DNA of 64,000 nucleotides from NCBI GenBank assembly GCA_030695905.1, contig JAUYOL010000043.1, forward strand, positions 64,998 to 128,997. Direction: 5' to 3'. Positions within the stretch are counted from its first letter, which is position 1, and each line of letters begins with the position of its first letter. Positions 45,196 through 55,624 of this stretch are shown here, in pieces. The translations under genes and the position numbers were made by a program. This DNA comes from Candidatus Omnitrophota bacterium. GTDB lineage: Bacteria > Omnitrophota > Gorgyraeia > 2-01-FULL-45-10. The notes under the pieces are model-generated. The model did not search any database and was not told the origin of the DNA. It saw nothing but the letters and a program-made list of their open reading frames with translations.

Positions 45196-45816
45196 CTATT
45201 TTTTAAATATATCTTCCTCTATAAGCGCGCAGAGTATGTGCGCTATCATAGCCTGGGATTCCTGGACGCGCGGCGTATCTTTGGAGGGCACTATTATCGA
45301 TATATCGGCCTCGCCTTTCATCTTCCCGCCGTCCGAACCTATCAAGGCGATCGTTTTTATACCAATCGCCTTCGCTTTTTTGAATGCTTCTATCACGTTC
45401 TTTGAATTTCCGCTTGTCGATATGCCCAACGCGATATCGCCTTTACGGCCGAGAGCTTCTACCTGTCTTGAAAACACCACATCATAGCCATAGTCATTGG
45501 CTATAGCCGTTAACGCGGATGTATCGCAAGTCAGCGCTATCGCGGGAAGTGCTCTTCGCTCCATCTTGAACCTTCCGACGAGCTCTGCCGCCATATGCTG
45601 GCTGTCGGCAGCGCTGCCGCCGTTACCGAACACAAGAAGTTTACCGCCGTTTTTAAGCGAATCGATTATTAATGTAGCGGCCTTCTCGATATTACCAAGC
45701 TGATCTTTAAGGACCAGCTCTTTTGTCTTTATGCTCTCTTTGATATAGGATTCTATCTTCTTTTGCACCCCGCACCTTCTCCTGTTTGCCCCCGCACCTT
45801 CGAAGGTACGGGGCAC
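45196..45816 (-). CDS. gmhA: phosphoheptose isomerase (SIS domain)
   Basis: Segment LLVFGNGGSAADSQHMAAELVGRF. Confidence 0.75.
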   Translation of the reverse strand: MPRTFEGAGANRRRCGVQKKIESYIKESIKTKELVLKDQLGNIEKAATLIIDSLKNGGKLLVFGNGGSAADSQHMAAELVGRFKMERRALPAIALTCDTSALTAIANDYGYDVVFSRQVEALGRKGDIALGISTSGNSKNVIEAFKKAKAIGIKTIALIGSDGGKMKGEADISIIVPSKDTPRVQESQAMIAHILCALIEEDIFKK

Positions 45817-45821
45817 GTATT

Positions 45822-46862
45822 CTATCCAAAAAACACTTTAGCAAGTTCATAGAATTTTGCATCAACTGTTTTAAGCGTGCCTACCGCGTCCTGTATCGGA
45901 ACCTCTATAACGTCGGTCCCTTTGAGGCTTGCCATGTAACCGAACTTCTTCTCTAAAACCAGGTCCATAGCCTTTACCCCAAATCTTGTGGCAAGGACTC
46001 TATCAAACGCGCTTGGCGTGCCGCCTCTTTGTATATGGCCGAGCACCGTGACCCTCGTCTCAAAACCTGTCCTGTTCTCTATCTCGGCCGCGAGGATCTC
46101 CGCTACTCCGCCCAACCTTACGTGGCCGAACGAGTCAAGCTTCTCTTCCTGTGTTACTACCTGGCCCGCTTTGAATGTAGCGCCTTCGGCAACGACGACT
46201 ATCGAGAAACCCTTGCCCCTCGCGTGGCGCTTTTTAAGTATTTCGCATACTTCGTCGATGTCGACTTTGATTTCAGGTATAAGTATTACATCCGAGCCCG
46301 AAGCTATGCCGGAATGTATCGCTATCCAGCCGGCGTGCCTGCCCATGACCTCGACTACCATTATCCTGTGATGGCTCTCCGCGGTCGTGTGGAGCCTGTC
46401 AATGGCTTCAGTCGCTATATTTACCGCTGTATCGAATCCGAATGTCACATCTGTCGCGTTAAGGTCGTTATCTATAGTCTTTGGAACGCCGACCACGTTT
46501 ACGCCCTTCTTCTCCTTATTCAGCTTATTCGCGACGCCGAGAGTATCTTCTCCGCCTATTGCTATAAGCGCGTCGAGTTTTAATTTTTTGTAATTTTCTA
46601 TAACCTTCGCCACATCTTCAGGCTTTTTATAAGGATTGGTCCTGGACGTCCCTAATATCGTGCCGCCCTTCGGAAGTATCCCGGAAACAGAATCCAGTCC
46701 AAGCTCTACCGTATCTATCTCTACAAGGCCTTTCCATCCGTTCTTTATACCGACTATCTCGATATCATTACCGGATCTGACCGCCTTCCTTACAATCCCC
46801 CTTATTACGGCGTTTAATCCAGGGCAATCGCCGCCGCCCGTCAATACTCCTACTCTGCTCAT
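45822..46862 (-). CDS. pfkA: 6-phosphofructokinase
   Basis: Segment GVLTGGGDCPGLNAVIRG. Confidence 0.8.
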   Translation of the reverse strand: MSRVGVLTGGGDCPGLNAVIRGIVRKAVRSGNDIEIVGIKNGWKGLVEIDTVELGLDSVSGILPKGGTILGTSRTNPYKKPEDVAKVIENYKKLKLDALIAIGGEDTLGVANKLNKEKKGVNVVGVPKTIDNDLNATDVTFGFDTAVNIATEAIDRLHTTAESHHRIMVVEVMGRHAGWIAIHSGIASGSDVILIPEIKVDIDEVCEILKKRHARGKGFSIVVVAEGATFKAGQVVTQEEKLDSFGHVRLGGVAEILAAEIENRTGFETRVTVLGHIQRGGTPSAFDRVLATRFGVKAMDLVLEKKFGYMASLKGTDVIEVPIQDAVGTLKTVDAKFYELAKVFFG

Positions 46863-46889
46863 CTGTAACTTCCTCCTCGTTATTTTTAA

Positions 46890-47495
46890 TTAAAAACTGC
46901 TGTACTCTATGGTTCCCCTGAAAGGCGGAACTTTATCGTCCTTCTTTGTGTCTCTGGCCTTCTCATCCTTATGGGCTATCTTTGTCACGTTTACCTGTAT
47001 CTCGACAGGCTCGTCCACACCAAGCATATCCTGGACGCGCGACTTTACTATACTCTGGATCTTTTCCGTAGTTTCGGGAATATTGGTATCGGAAAAGAGC
47101 ACAACCTTATTTATTATCATTATGCCCTTCTTGCTGGCGCGCACATTCGGCCTCGACTCTTTGACCTCGGGAAGCTGTTTCATAGACCTTTTTATAAAAT
47201 CTTCTATCGCGGTCAATGAGATGGTGACCTGCCCGTCGGGATTTTCGAAAGCTATCGTCTTCTCTTTATTGATTATGCCCAGCGTTATCTGTATTACCAT
47301 GAGGCTGATGAATATCAAAAGCCCGCCGGTCAATCCCAGTATCAACCTTACGTCCGAATTTGTGTAGATGGTATTGAGCACGTCTATTATATAGTTTAAG
47401 GGTATTACATTGGTCGCCACAACTATGAATATGCCGCCCACCAGAAAAAACACAAGCGTGTAAAAGAACAGCGTTAATCCTCCGATAAATCTCAT
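46890..47495 (-). CDS. Asp23-associated membrane protein (AmaP-like)
   Basis: Two TM segments plus an extramembrane domain. Lies adjacent to the Asp23 gene. Confidence 0.4.
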   Translation of the reverse strand: MRFIGGLTLFFYTLVFFLVGGIFIVVATNVIPLNYIIDVLNTIYTNSDVRLILGLTGGLLIFISLMVIQITLGIINKEKTIAFENPDGQVTISLTAIEDFIKRSMKQLPEVKESRPNVRASKKGIMIINKVVLFSDTNIPETTEKIQSIVKSRVQDMLGVDEPVEIQVNVTKIAHKDEKARDTKKDDKVPPFRGTIEYSSF

Positions 47496-47893
47496 ATAGA
47501 ACCTCCCTTATTCGTCTTTTCAAGTGATTGCGGCGAGCGCACGCCCTCGACTATAACATCTACGGATGAAACAACCAGCCCTGTCATCTTCTCGACGGCT
47601 GCTTTAACATTTTCCTGGACATCATCCGCGACCCTGGCTATGTCGACGCCGTATTCTACAGTTATGTAAAGGATCAATCTTAATTCGTTTTCCGAAGCGT
47701 ATATCTTGACGCCTTTCTTGCCGCCGCGGCGCATCAATACTTCATAGATCGTCTTGCCCAGGCCCCTGCCGACTTTGGAGACACCCTTAACTTCGATGGC
47801 GGCTGTGGACGCGATGGTGGTTATCGCGTTATTATTTATCTTTACCACTCCCAGTTCTGTCGTCCTATACCTGTCACTCGAATCGCGTTTCAT
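47492..47893 (-). CDS. Asp23/Gls24 family (alkaline shock protein-like)
   Basis: Segment GVVKINNNAITTIASTAAIEVKGV. Confidence 0.65.
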   Translation of the reverse strand: MKRDSSDRYRTTELGVVKINNNAITTIASTAAIEVKGVSKVGRGLGKTIYEVLMRRGGKKGVKIYASENELRLILYITVEYGVDIARVADDVQENVKAAVEKMTGLVVSSVDVIVEGVRSPQSLEKTNKGGSI

Positions 47894-47917
47894 CTCTTCT
47901 CTTTCTTCTCCCCGAGT

Positions 47918-49267
47918 CTATTCGGTATGCTCAAATAGTTTTTCAATAAAATCGGTGGAGAACTTCCCTTTTATGAATAAGGGGTTGTTCATTACCTTTT
48001 TATGGAACGGTATCGTCGTCTTTATCGGCTCGACGATAAATTCGTCCAGCGCGCGCCTCATTATAGTGATGGCCTCGTTCCTGTCCTTGCCGTGAACTAT
48101 CAATTTCGCTATCATGGAATCGTAATAAGGCGGTATCTCATAGCCCTGGTAAACATGCGTGTCTATTCTTACTCCGCGTCCCCCCGGCAGATCAAGCATG
48201 GTAATCCTTCCCGGAGACGGCATAAAATCTTTATCGGGGTCTTCGGCGTTTATCCTGCACTCTATCGCGCTGCCGGTGAATTTAATATCTTCCTGTTTAT
48301 GCGCAAGTTTTTCGCCCGCGGCTATCCTTATCTGCTCTTTTACGAGGTCCAAGCCTGTAACGCATTCTGTTACCGGGTGCTCGACCTGTATCCTGGTATT
48401 CATCTCCATGAAATAAAAGTTACCGGCCGCGTCTACCAGAAATTCTATGGTGCCCGCGTTAACATAATTTATCGTTTTGGCGCACTTTATCGCGGCCTCG
48501 GATAATTTTTTGCGTAATTTGGAATCTACTATAGGCGACGGAGATTCTTCTATAAGCTTTTGATGACGCCTCTGCACCGTGCAATCTCTTTCGCCTAAGT
48601 GTATAATATGCCCGTACTGATCTCCCAGAATCTGTATCTCAACGTGCCGTGGTTTTTCTATATACCTTTCTATATAAACATCGGAGCTGCCGAATGCCGC
48701 CTCGGCCTCACGCTGGGCGGTAAGAAGCGCGCTGATGAGCCTGACGTCATTATGGCAAATTCTCATGCCCTTTCCGCCTCCGCCGGCCGCGGCCTTTATT
48801 ATTACAGGATACCCTATCTCTTTGGCTATCTTCAGGGCCTCTTCCTTTGATTTTACTATCGCCTTGCTCCCCGGCACTATCGGAACGCCCGCCTTCCTGG
48901 CGGTATCCTTGGCGGCCATCTTATCGCCCATGAGCCTCATATTTTCCGGGGTGGGCCCGATAAATTTTATCTTGCATGATTCGCAGATCTCCGCGAAATG
49001 GTCATCCTCCGCCAGAAAGCCGTAACCCGGGTGTATCGCCTCGACATCGGCTATCTCCGCTGCGCTTATTATGCTGGGTATGTGAAGATAACTCGAAGCG
49101 CTGGGCGCGCTGCCTATACATATAGCCTCATCCGCGAATTTTACGTGCAGCGAATTTATATCGGCCTGCGAATACACGGCTACCGTGCGTATGCCTAATT
49201 CTTTACAGGCGCGTATTATCCTTAACGCGACCTCTCCTCTGTTTGCTATAAGTATTTTTGAGAACAT
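47918..49267 (-). CDS. accC: acetyl-CoA carboxylase biotin carboxylase subunit
   Basis: Starts [20 protein letters not shown]. Confidence 0.9.
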   Translation of the reverse strand: MFSKILIANRGEVALRIIRACKELGIRTVAVYSQADINSLHVKFADEAICIGSAPSASSYLHIPSIISAAEIADVEAIHPGYGFLAEDDHFAEICESCKIKFIGPTPENMRLMGDKMAAKDTARKAGVPIVPGSKAIVKSKEEALKIAKEIGYPVIIKAAAGGGGKGMRICHNDVRLISALLTAQREAEAAFGSSDVYIERYIEKPRHVEIQILGDQYGHIIHLGERDCTVQRRHQKLIEESPSPIVDSKLRKKLSEAAIKCAKTINYVNAGTIEFLVDAAGNFYFMEMNTRIQVEHPVTECVTGLDLVKEQIRIAAGEKLAHKQEDIKFTGSAIECRINAEDPDKDFMPSPGRITMLDLPGGRGVRIDTHVYQGYEIPPYYDSMIAKLIVHGKDRNEAITIMRRALDEFIVEPIKTTIPFHKKVMNNPLFIKGKFSTDFIEKLFEHTE

Positions 49268-49290
49268 TTTTTATTAGTCCTTTAAAAACT

Positions 49291-49728
49291 TTATGCCGGC
49301 TCCACAACATACAATACATGGCCGAATTCGACGGGCTCGGCGTTCTCTACGTTTATATCGACTATCTTGCCTTTTACTTCACTTTTGATCTCATTCATCA
49401 GCTTCATGGCCTCTATGATGCACAGGACCTGCCCAACCTCTATATTGTCCCCTATGCTCACGTATGCCGGCGCTTCGGGTGACGGCGAGCGGTAGAATGT
49501 GCCTACCATCGGAGATTTTATCTCTATTGTATTTGCTTTCTCCTGCGCAATCGCCTCGGGAGCACGCCCCGCGGCCGGAGCCGGACCGGAGACAAACTCG
49601 ACGGCTTTTTCGTATACGCCGCCGGATTTTTTCAGGCGGATTCTCATGCCATCCTTTTCTATTTCAAGCTCCGATAGGCTGTTTTCGTTCATAAGATTTA
49701 TCATATCTTTTATCTCTTTTATATACAT
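49291..49728 (-). CDS. accB: biotin carboxyl carrier protein
   Basis: Biotinyl motif EAMKLMNEI. Confidence 0.85.
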   Translation of the reverse strand: MYIKEIKDMINLMNENSLSELEIEKDGMRIRLKKSGGVYEKAVEFVSGPAPAAGRAPEAIAQEKANTIEIKSPMVGTFYRSPSPEAPAYVSIGDNIEVGQVLCIIEAMKLMNEIKSEVKGKIVDINVENAEPVEFGHVLYVVEPA

Positions 49729-49749
49729 CTCTAATCCTCCGTAGGTAAT

Positions 49750-50799
49750 TTATATTGTTAAGATCTCAAACCCTTTTTCTGTGACTAAAACCATATCTTC
49801 TATCCTTATCCCGCCTAACCCGGGAACGTATATTGCCGGTTCAACGGTAAATACCATGCCCGGCTTCAATATGCCTGTGCTTCTGCCTGAAACACTCGGC
49901 TCCTCATGAACATCGAGCCCTATACCGTGGCCCATGGAATGGCCGAAAAATTTTCCATAACCCTTATCCGCTATATGCTGTCTGCCGGCGGAATCTACAG
50001 CCGATATCTTGCGCCCCGGCCTAATATTGTCGAAAGCTTTTTCCTGGGCGGCCTTAACCACAAGATATATCTCCCTGATCTTGTCTTTAATCTTGCCGGT
50101 CAAAACCATCCTCGTTATGTCGGAGTTGTAAGAATCAAGCGTGCACCCCATGTCTATCATCACGATATCGTTCTTCGCTATCTTTCTATCAGTAGGATGC
50201 GCGTGAGGCTTCGAGCTGTTCTCGGCGCAGGCCACTATCGGCTTAAATCCGGACTTTGCGCCGTTGGCTATGAATTCGCACTCTATCCGTCCGCTTAATT
50301 TTTTTTCGGATACGCCCGGCGCTACCTCGCCAACGATATTTTTCAGCACTTTTTTCGCGCACGCGACCGATCTTTCTATGCGCGCTATCTCTTCTTTGTC
50401 TTTAACGGCTCTTAAATTTTCCACTATATTATTAAACGGTAGTAGCTTTGCTTTGCCGATATAGCTTTCAAGGTTCTTTATTACGCCGTACGGCAGATTC
50501 ATCGATTCGAACCCTATTTTTCGGATGCCGTTTTTACACGCTATCTTGCCTATGACATCATAGGTCGAAGAGACGACTTCCAGTATCGCGAAACCCCTTA
50601 CCGACTTTTTCGCTTCCTGGGTATATCTGGAATCCGTGAGAAAGAACTGTGAATCCGGTGTTATAAAGAGTACCGAATCGCTTCCTGTAAATCCGCTTAA
50701 ATAAGTTACGTTGCTTTCATTAGTTACAAGTAGCGACTCTATCGATTTTGCTTTTAATTCGCTTCTTAACTTCTTTAGTCTGGTCTTGAAGTCAAACAT
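49750..50799 (-). CDS. M24 family Xaa-Pro aminopeptidase
   Basis: HGIGLDVHE plus the creatinase fold. Confidence 0.75.
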   Translation of the reverse strand: MFDFKTRLKKLRSELKAKSIESLLVTNESNVTYLSGFTGSDSVLFITPDSQFFLTDSRYTQEAKKSVRGFAILEVVSSTYDVIGKIACKNGIRKIGFESMNLPYGVIKNLESYIGKAKLLPFNNIVENLRAVKDKEEIARIERSVACAKKVLKNIVGEVAPGVSEKKLSGRIECEFIANGAKSGFKPIVACAENSSKPHAHPTDRKIAKNDIVMIDMGCTLDSYNSDITRMVLTGKIKDKIREIYLVVKAAQEKAFDNIRPGRKISAVDSAGRQHIADKGYGKFFGHSMGHGIGLDVHEEPSVSGRSTGILKPGMVFTVEPAIYVPGLGGIRIEDMVLVTEKGFEILTI

Positions 50800-51239
50800 T
50801 ATTTTTTGGCCGTAAGAGCGATCGCCGCTTCCAGGCCCAGAATATAGCTGGTCTTACCAAATCCGCATATCTGGCCCTTTGCCACAGCCGAAATCAGCGA
50901 TGTATGGCGAAATTCTTCTCTCGCGTATATATTGGATAAATGCACTTCAACCGTCGGTATATTAACGGCGCTTATAGCGTCTCTTATCGCTACGCTTGTA
51001 TGCGTGTAGGCTGCGGGATTTATCAGTATCGCGTCATATTTACCCTTGGACTTGCCGATAAGCTCGACTATTTCGCCCTCATGGTTTGACTGCACAATGG
51101 TAAGCGCGGCTTTCTTTGTCTTGGCGAGCTTCTTCAGGTCCTTATTTATATCTTCTATAGTGACCTTGCCGTAAACATCCACTTCGCGCTGCCCTAAAAG
51201 GTTAAGGTTGGGGCCGTGTATTACAAGAATCTTCTTCAT
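50799..51239 (-). CDS. aroQ: type II 3-dehydroquinate dehydratase
   Basis: Starts [19 protein letters not shown]. Confidence 0.85.
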   Translation of the reverse strand: MKKILVIHGPNLNLLGQREVDVYGKVTIEDINKDLKKLAKTKKAALTIVQSNHEGEIVELIGKSKGKYDAILINPAAYTHTSVAIRDAISAVNIPTVEVHLSNIYAREEFRHTSLISAVAKGQICGFGKTSYILGLEAAIALTAKK

Positions 51240-51416
51240 TTACGCACCTCTCTTGTCTTGCGGCAATTGGGCTTCGTCTATGAGCATTATGGGTATATCA
51301 TCTTTTATCGGATAGCGCCTGCCGCATTTGGTGCAGACTATTCTGTCGCCTTCGAGCTTCACATCCGTTTTGCAGAGCGGGCAGGCAAGTATATTAAGCA
51401 GTTCCTTGTCTATCAT
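51240..51416 (-). CDS. Trm112/YcaR-family small protein (58 aa), not in the ORF track
   Basis: Translates to MIDKELLNILACPLCKTDVKLEGDRIVCTKCGRRYPIKDDIPIMLIDEA, with CPxC...CxxC. Confidence 0.6.
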   Translation of the reverse strand: MIDKELLNILACPLCKTDVKLEGDRIVCTKCGRRYPIKDDIPIMLIDEAQLPQDKRGA

Positions 51417-52385
51417 TTAGACAACCTCCTCCTTAATCTCTTTTAATTTTATCTTAAACTGCGGGCTTAACGCGTATATTACCCCGCCGATTACACTTAC
51501 GCATAAAAGCACCACCAGCCACAGGATGCTCATCGCGAACGCGCGGTCCGATCCTATTAACGGGCCGAACAACGCCACTGTAGAGCCTTCGCGCAGCCCC
51601 AGTCCGTTTATTGAAGGCAAAAGGCTCATCATGCCGACTATAGGCATCTTTACGAAGATATCTTTTACCGGTATCCTGGCGCCGAGGCTAAACGCTATCA
51701 CGCCCAGGCTTGTGAAGAACATGACCTGCGACGCGAATGATATCGCGAATGATTTATACATCAGTTCCTTGTGGTGCTTATAGTTGTGCACTATGTTATA
51801 CAGCTTTTTCAGCTTCTCCTCTATAGGCTTTACTAAAAACAGCAGGAACGAGAATTTCTTCGCCAGCTTATCGTTGGTCATGAATATTATAATAAGTAAG
51901 GATCCAAACGTTATAAAGTAAACTATATATTTTATGGTATTATCCACTATCCCCTCCTTTACAAAGAATAGCGCGATAAAAGCCATCAATATCATCGTTA
52001 TTAGCCCTATGATCCTGTCTACGAAGATAGACGCGTAAGAACCCGCTTTATTATCTGTTTTATGTGATAGATAGTAGGCTTTTACGAAGTCGCCCCCTAT
52101 GGATGTCGGCAGAAAATTGTTGAAGAAATATCCTATGAAGGTTAAAGAGACCGATTCTTTGTATGTTATCAATATATTCTGGGCCTCGACTATCAGTCTT
52201 AACCTTATAGAAGCTATGAATATAGCGGCTATGAAACATAAAAGACCGACAAGGAATACAAAGCCTTTGGTATCGGCAAGGGCTTTAAGTATCTGAGGGT
52301 ACTTATCCCTCATAATATATAGTAATAATATTATAAAGAATATGCTTACAAAAGCCCTGAGAGCCGTAGATAATAATTTCTTCAT
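51417..52385 (-). CDS. UPF0104 / lysylphosphatidylglycerol-synthase-TM-like flippase-type membrane protein
   Basis: 322 aa, polytopic. Confidence 0.5.
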   Translation of the reverse strand: MKKLLSTALRAFVSIFFIILLLYIMRDKYPQILKALADTKGFVFLVGLLCFIAAIFIASIRLRLIVEAQNILITYKESVSLTFIGYFFNNFLPTSIGGDFVKAYYLSHKTDNKAGSYASIFVDRIIGLITMILMAFIALFFVKEGIVDNTIKYIVYFITFGSLLIIIFMTNDKLAKKFSFLLFLVKPIEEKLKKLYNIVHNYKHHKELMYKSFAISFASQVMFFTSLGVIAFSLGARIPVKDIFVKMPIVGMMSLLPSINGLGLREGSTVALFGPLIGSDRAFAMSILWLVVLLCVSVIGGVIYALSPQFKIKLKEIKEEVV

Positions 52386-52441
52386 AATGAGCTTAATAAT
52401 TTATCATAAAGCGGGCGGTATGTAAAGAAAAAATGGGGTTT

Positions 52442-53596
52442 TTATAGCGCTGAAGGTATGTTGAGGTCTTGTTCTTCGGGTAGAGCTGCCGATTCGGCTA
52501 TGCCTTCCTGTTTTCTTAGATCTTCTATCTTTTTTACCTGGCGGTCAAGCTGTTTGCGCCTGGTAGTCGTGAGATTGTCGAATTCTTTTTGGACAGCACC
52601 GATCTTCTCGCCTAAATCATCAAATGACTTCGCGAACAATTCCCACTGCTTGTTAAACGCTCCTAAAAGCGACAACATGTGCGCGGCCGTTTTTTCAAGA
52701 TTAAAGTTGTCGATAGCGTGGTGAATGACGGCCAGTATAGCGTATAAAGTAAGGGGAGAACAGAATATGACCTTGTTTCTAAGCGCGTCGTCGATCAGCG
52801 CGCGGTCGTTCTCATTTATAAAAGAGTATAACTGTTCGTTGGGTATGAAGAGAATAACATAATCCACCGTTTTTTCTTCCGGATTTATATAATCCCTGTT
52901 CGTTACTTCTTTCATCCTGGCTCTGACATCCCTTAAGAATTGGTCCTTATGTTTCTGCTTGTCACTGTCGGATTCCGTCTCGAGATACCGCAGGTAACTA
53001 TTCATCGGGAATTTGACATCCATGTTTACTTTTAAACCCTGGGGCAGAAAAAATGTATAATCCGGCCTTGTGGTTACCGTATCCTGGCTCTTGTCTTTTT
53101 GATAATTGATCCCTTCGGCAAATCCGGCAAGCCTTAATATGTCATCGGCAATCCTCTGTCCCCACTGGCCGCGGGCCTTTGTGCTGACGAGCGCCGCTTT
53201 AAGCTGATTTGTCGTATCGTGAAGCTTGCCCAGCTGTTCCGCGCTTAATTTCAACTGCCCGGAAAGCTCGCCGAACTTTAATTCACGGTCTTTCTCAAAA
53301 TTTGTGACCAAGCACTGAACTTTTTGCAATTCTTCCTTCATGGAGCCAAGAGTCTGGTCTATTAATTTCTTTTTGGCTTCGAGTTCCCGCTCTCCCCCCT
53401 CGGTCTGTTTCGAAAGCGTCTCGTTGGCTATCTTCAGAAATTGATCCATGCTTTTAGACAGGGCCTCGAAAGAAAGCGCGCTAAAAGATTCTTTTAACTG
53501 GGAATGGCTTAGCCTGGATTGACGATTTAACCAAATAAACCCGCCAAGAATCATTATCGCGGCCAGCGCTATTAAAATTATTCCGAATAATAACAT
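52442..53596 (-). CDS. rmuC: DNA recombination protein RmuC
   Basis: N-terminal TM segment, coiled coil and C-terminal RmuC blocks. Confidence 0.65.
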   Translation of the reverse strand: MLLFGIILIALAAIMILGGFIWLNRQSRLSHSQLKESFSALSFEALSKSMDQFLKIANETLSKQTEGGERELEAKKKLIDQTLGSMKEELQKVQCLVTNFEKDRELKFGELSGQLKLSAEQLGKLHDTTNQLKAALVSTKARGQWGQRIADDILRLAGFAEGINYQKDKSQDTVTTRPDYTFFLPQGLKVNMDVKFPMNSYLRYLETESDSDKQKHKDQFLRDVRARMKEVTNRDYINPEEKTVDYVILFIPNEQLYSFINENDRALIDDALRNKVIFCSPLTLYAILAVIHHAIDNFNLEKTAAHMLSLLGAFNKQWELFAKSFDDLGEKIGAVQKEFDNLTTTRRKQLDRQVKKIEDLRKQEGIAESAALPEEQDLNIPSAL

Positions 53597-53605
53597 GAAA
53601 CCGAC

Positions 53606-53953
53606 TTACTCCTTTTTATTTGATTTGGCTACGAAGCGCATGCGCAGATCATAGAGCATGGAGTTGATCGCGTCTTCTTCATCCTTATCAAGATTGCCCT
53701 TAGTCTTGTGCTGCAACATCTCAATGGTATCTATCAGCAGCTTCGCGTGTTGAATATTCGCTTCTTTTTTGTGCGTTACCGGGTTTTCCAGGTCGCCGAG
53801 AGATATCAGCGCTTCCATCATCAGCCCCGTTATAAACAGGCCGAAAGTTACCTCTATCGGCGCCTGCGAGTCACCTTTTACCCCTGGCGTCTCTTTTTCC
53901 TTAGCAACCGCATCCTTCCAAGACTCATCAACGTGCTTCTTCATCTCATCCAT
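53606..53953 (-). CDS. DUF1844 domain protein
   Basis: Segment TFGLFITGLMMEALISLG. Confidence 0.45.
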   Translation of the reverse strand: MDEMKKHVDESWKDAVAKEKETPGVKGDSQAPIEVTFGLFITGLMMEALISLGDLENPVTHKKEANIQHAKLLIDTIEMLQHKTKGNLDKDEEDAINSMLYDLRMRFVAKSNKKE

Positions 53954-53956
53954 TTT

Positions 53957-54790
53957 TTAATCCCACCATTCTTCCTGCCCCGCCATCTTCAGCGACGGAA
54001 AATTGTAAACACTCAACATCCTCTTTATCTGATCCACTTTTTCTTCAGCCGCTTTCTCGCCGAGCGCTATCGCCTCTTTTGCCCTGCCGAAACCGACTTG
54101 ATCGATATCGCCAAGTTCGACTTTGATAAGAGTGTCCGATATGCGGGACTGATACCGGTTAAGTTCCTCACCCATTATCTGGAACGACTGCAAAAGCATC
54201 TGGAATATATTTTCTATCTTGCCGGCTTTTACGCAGAAGCCCACATCGACCGCTATCATGTAGCCGGGATCCAGTGACCTCGCGATTCTCGTTGGCACGC
54301 TGTTCTTGATGCCTCCGTCGACCAATAACCTTCCTTCTATCTTTACGGGATTGAATATGCCCGGCCATGAGCAACTCGCGCAAACTATTTTTTGCAGGTG
54401 GCCTTTCTGAAATATAACCCTTTCGTTTCTTTCTATATCTGTGGTGACTATCGCGAGGGGTATCCTGCAGTCCGCGAAGCTTTTGTTCTCGGTCAACTCA
54501 TTTACGACTTTCTCCAGTTTCTTGCCCGCTAATAGGCCCATCCTGGGCAGTGTCGGGTCAAAAATGGTCTTCCAATTGAATTTGAGCGCAATACCTTCCA
54601 TCTTCTTTACGGATACACCTACAGAGTAAGCCGCGCCTATAAGGGCGCCCATACTTGTCCCCACTATCCTGTGTATAGGTATCTTCTCTCTTTCCAGGAC
54701 CTTTAATACGCCTATATGCGCCAGGCCGCGCGCGGACCCTCCCCCAAGAACAAGCACTACACTTCTTTTTTTCTTCAAAAATTGCAGCAT
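53957..54790 (-). CDS. patatin-like phospholipase
   Basis: Motifs GGGSARG and GTSMG. Confidence 0.75.
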   Translation of the reverse strand: MLQFLKKKRSVVLVLGGGSARGLAHIGVLKVLEREKIPIHRIVGTSMGALIGAAYSVGVSVKKMEGIALKFNWKTIFDPTLPRMGLLAGKKLEKVVNELTENKSFADCRIPLAIVTTDIERNERVIFQKGHLQKIVCASCSWPGIFNPVKIEGRLLVDGGIKNSVPTRIARSLDPGYMIAVDVGFCVKAGKIENIFQMLLQSFQIMGEELNRYQSRISDTLIKVELGDIDQVGFGRAKEAIALGEKAAEEKVDQIKRMLSVYNFPSLKMAGQEEWWD

Positions 54791-54802
54791 ATTGTAGGCC
54801 CT

Positions 54803-55615
54803 CTAATTTATTATTATGCCGGCATAGCCGACGACCGATGACCGGTCCTGGGAAACATCACCGCTGGTCTGATACTTTACCAGCCGCGCTTTTTTCGCGC
54901 CCAAGTTTTTCACCGCCGAAATCATTATTGCCGCCGGAGCGAAGCCGCACATGCTGATATCGAGCTCCTGCACGCGCTGGACAAGCATTTTCTCATCTAA
55001 GTTCAGAATAGCTTCTATAGCCTTGGAGTCTTTTTCTTTCGCGCTCTCCTGCGATTCATAGTGCGTCATGTCGCTCGACGCTATTATCGCCACTATCTTG
55101 TCCATCTTCAGTTCTTTTATAGATTTTGCCATGCACTCGCCTATATGCCTGTATGTTTTTATATCGGAAACGGAGATGACTATGGGAACAAATGTGAATT
55201 CACCCTGAAGTTTCTGCAGAAACGGCAGCTGCACTTCTATAGAGTGCTCGTGTATATGCGCAAGTTCGTCCTTGCGTAAGAGGTCACAGTCTTTTAAGAG
55301 CTTTTCCGTCAGTTCGCCGTTTATCTTTACATCCCCCAGCGGCGTTCTCCATGAGTCGCTTGCGCAAAGGCTGAAAGGCGAACCTAACCCTGTATGATTA
55401 GGGCCCATTATTATATAGGTGGATTTAGGATTTACAGAGGCGAGCACGGCTCCGGCGACAACGCCTGAATATATATAACCCGCGTGCGGCAGCACCATCC
55501 CTATCGCGTCCTCTTTTTTAGCTTTGACGCGGTCGGTCAATCCTTCTATCTCGAGCGAAAGCACCTCCCGCTCTCCCGGATAAAACTGGCCCGCAACTGC
55601 CGGATTACGTACCAT
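54803..55615 (-). CDS. MEMO1 family protein (AmmeMemoRadiSam system protein B)
   Basis: Starts MVRNPAVAGQFYPG. Confidence 0.65.
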   Translation of the reverse strand: MVRNPAVAGQFYPGEREVLSLEIEGLTDRVKAKKEDAIGMVLPHAGYIYSGVVAGAVLASVNPKSTYIIMGPNHTGLGSPFSLCASDSWRTPLGDVKINGELTEKLLKDCDLLRKDELAHIHEHSIEVQLPFLQKLQGEFTFVPIVISVSDIKTYRHIGECMAKSIKELKMDKIVAIIASSDMTHYESQESAKEKDSKAIEAILNLDEKMLVQRVQELDISMCGFAPAAIMISAVKNLGAKKARLVKYQTSGDVSQDRSSVVGYAGIIIN

Positions 55616-55624
55616 CGATAGGAT

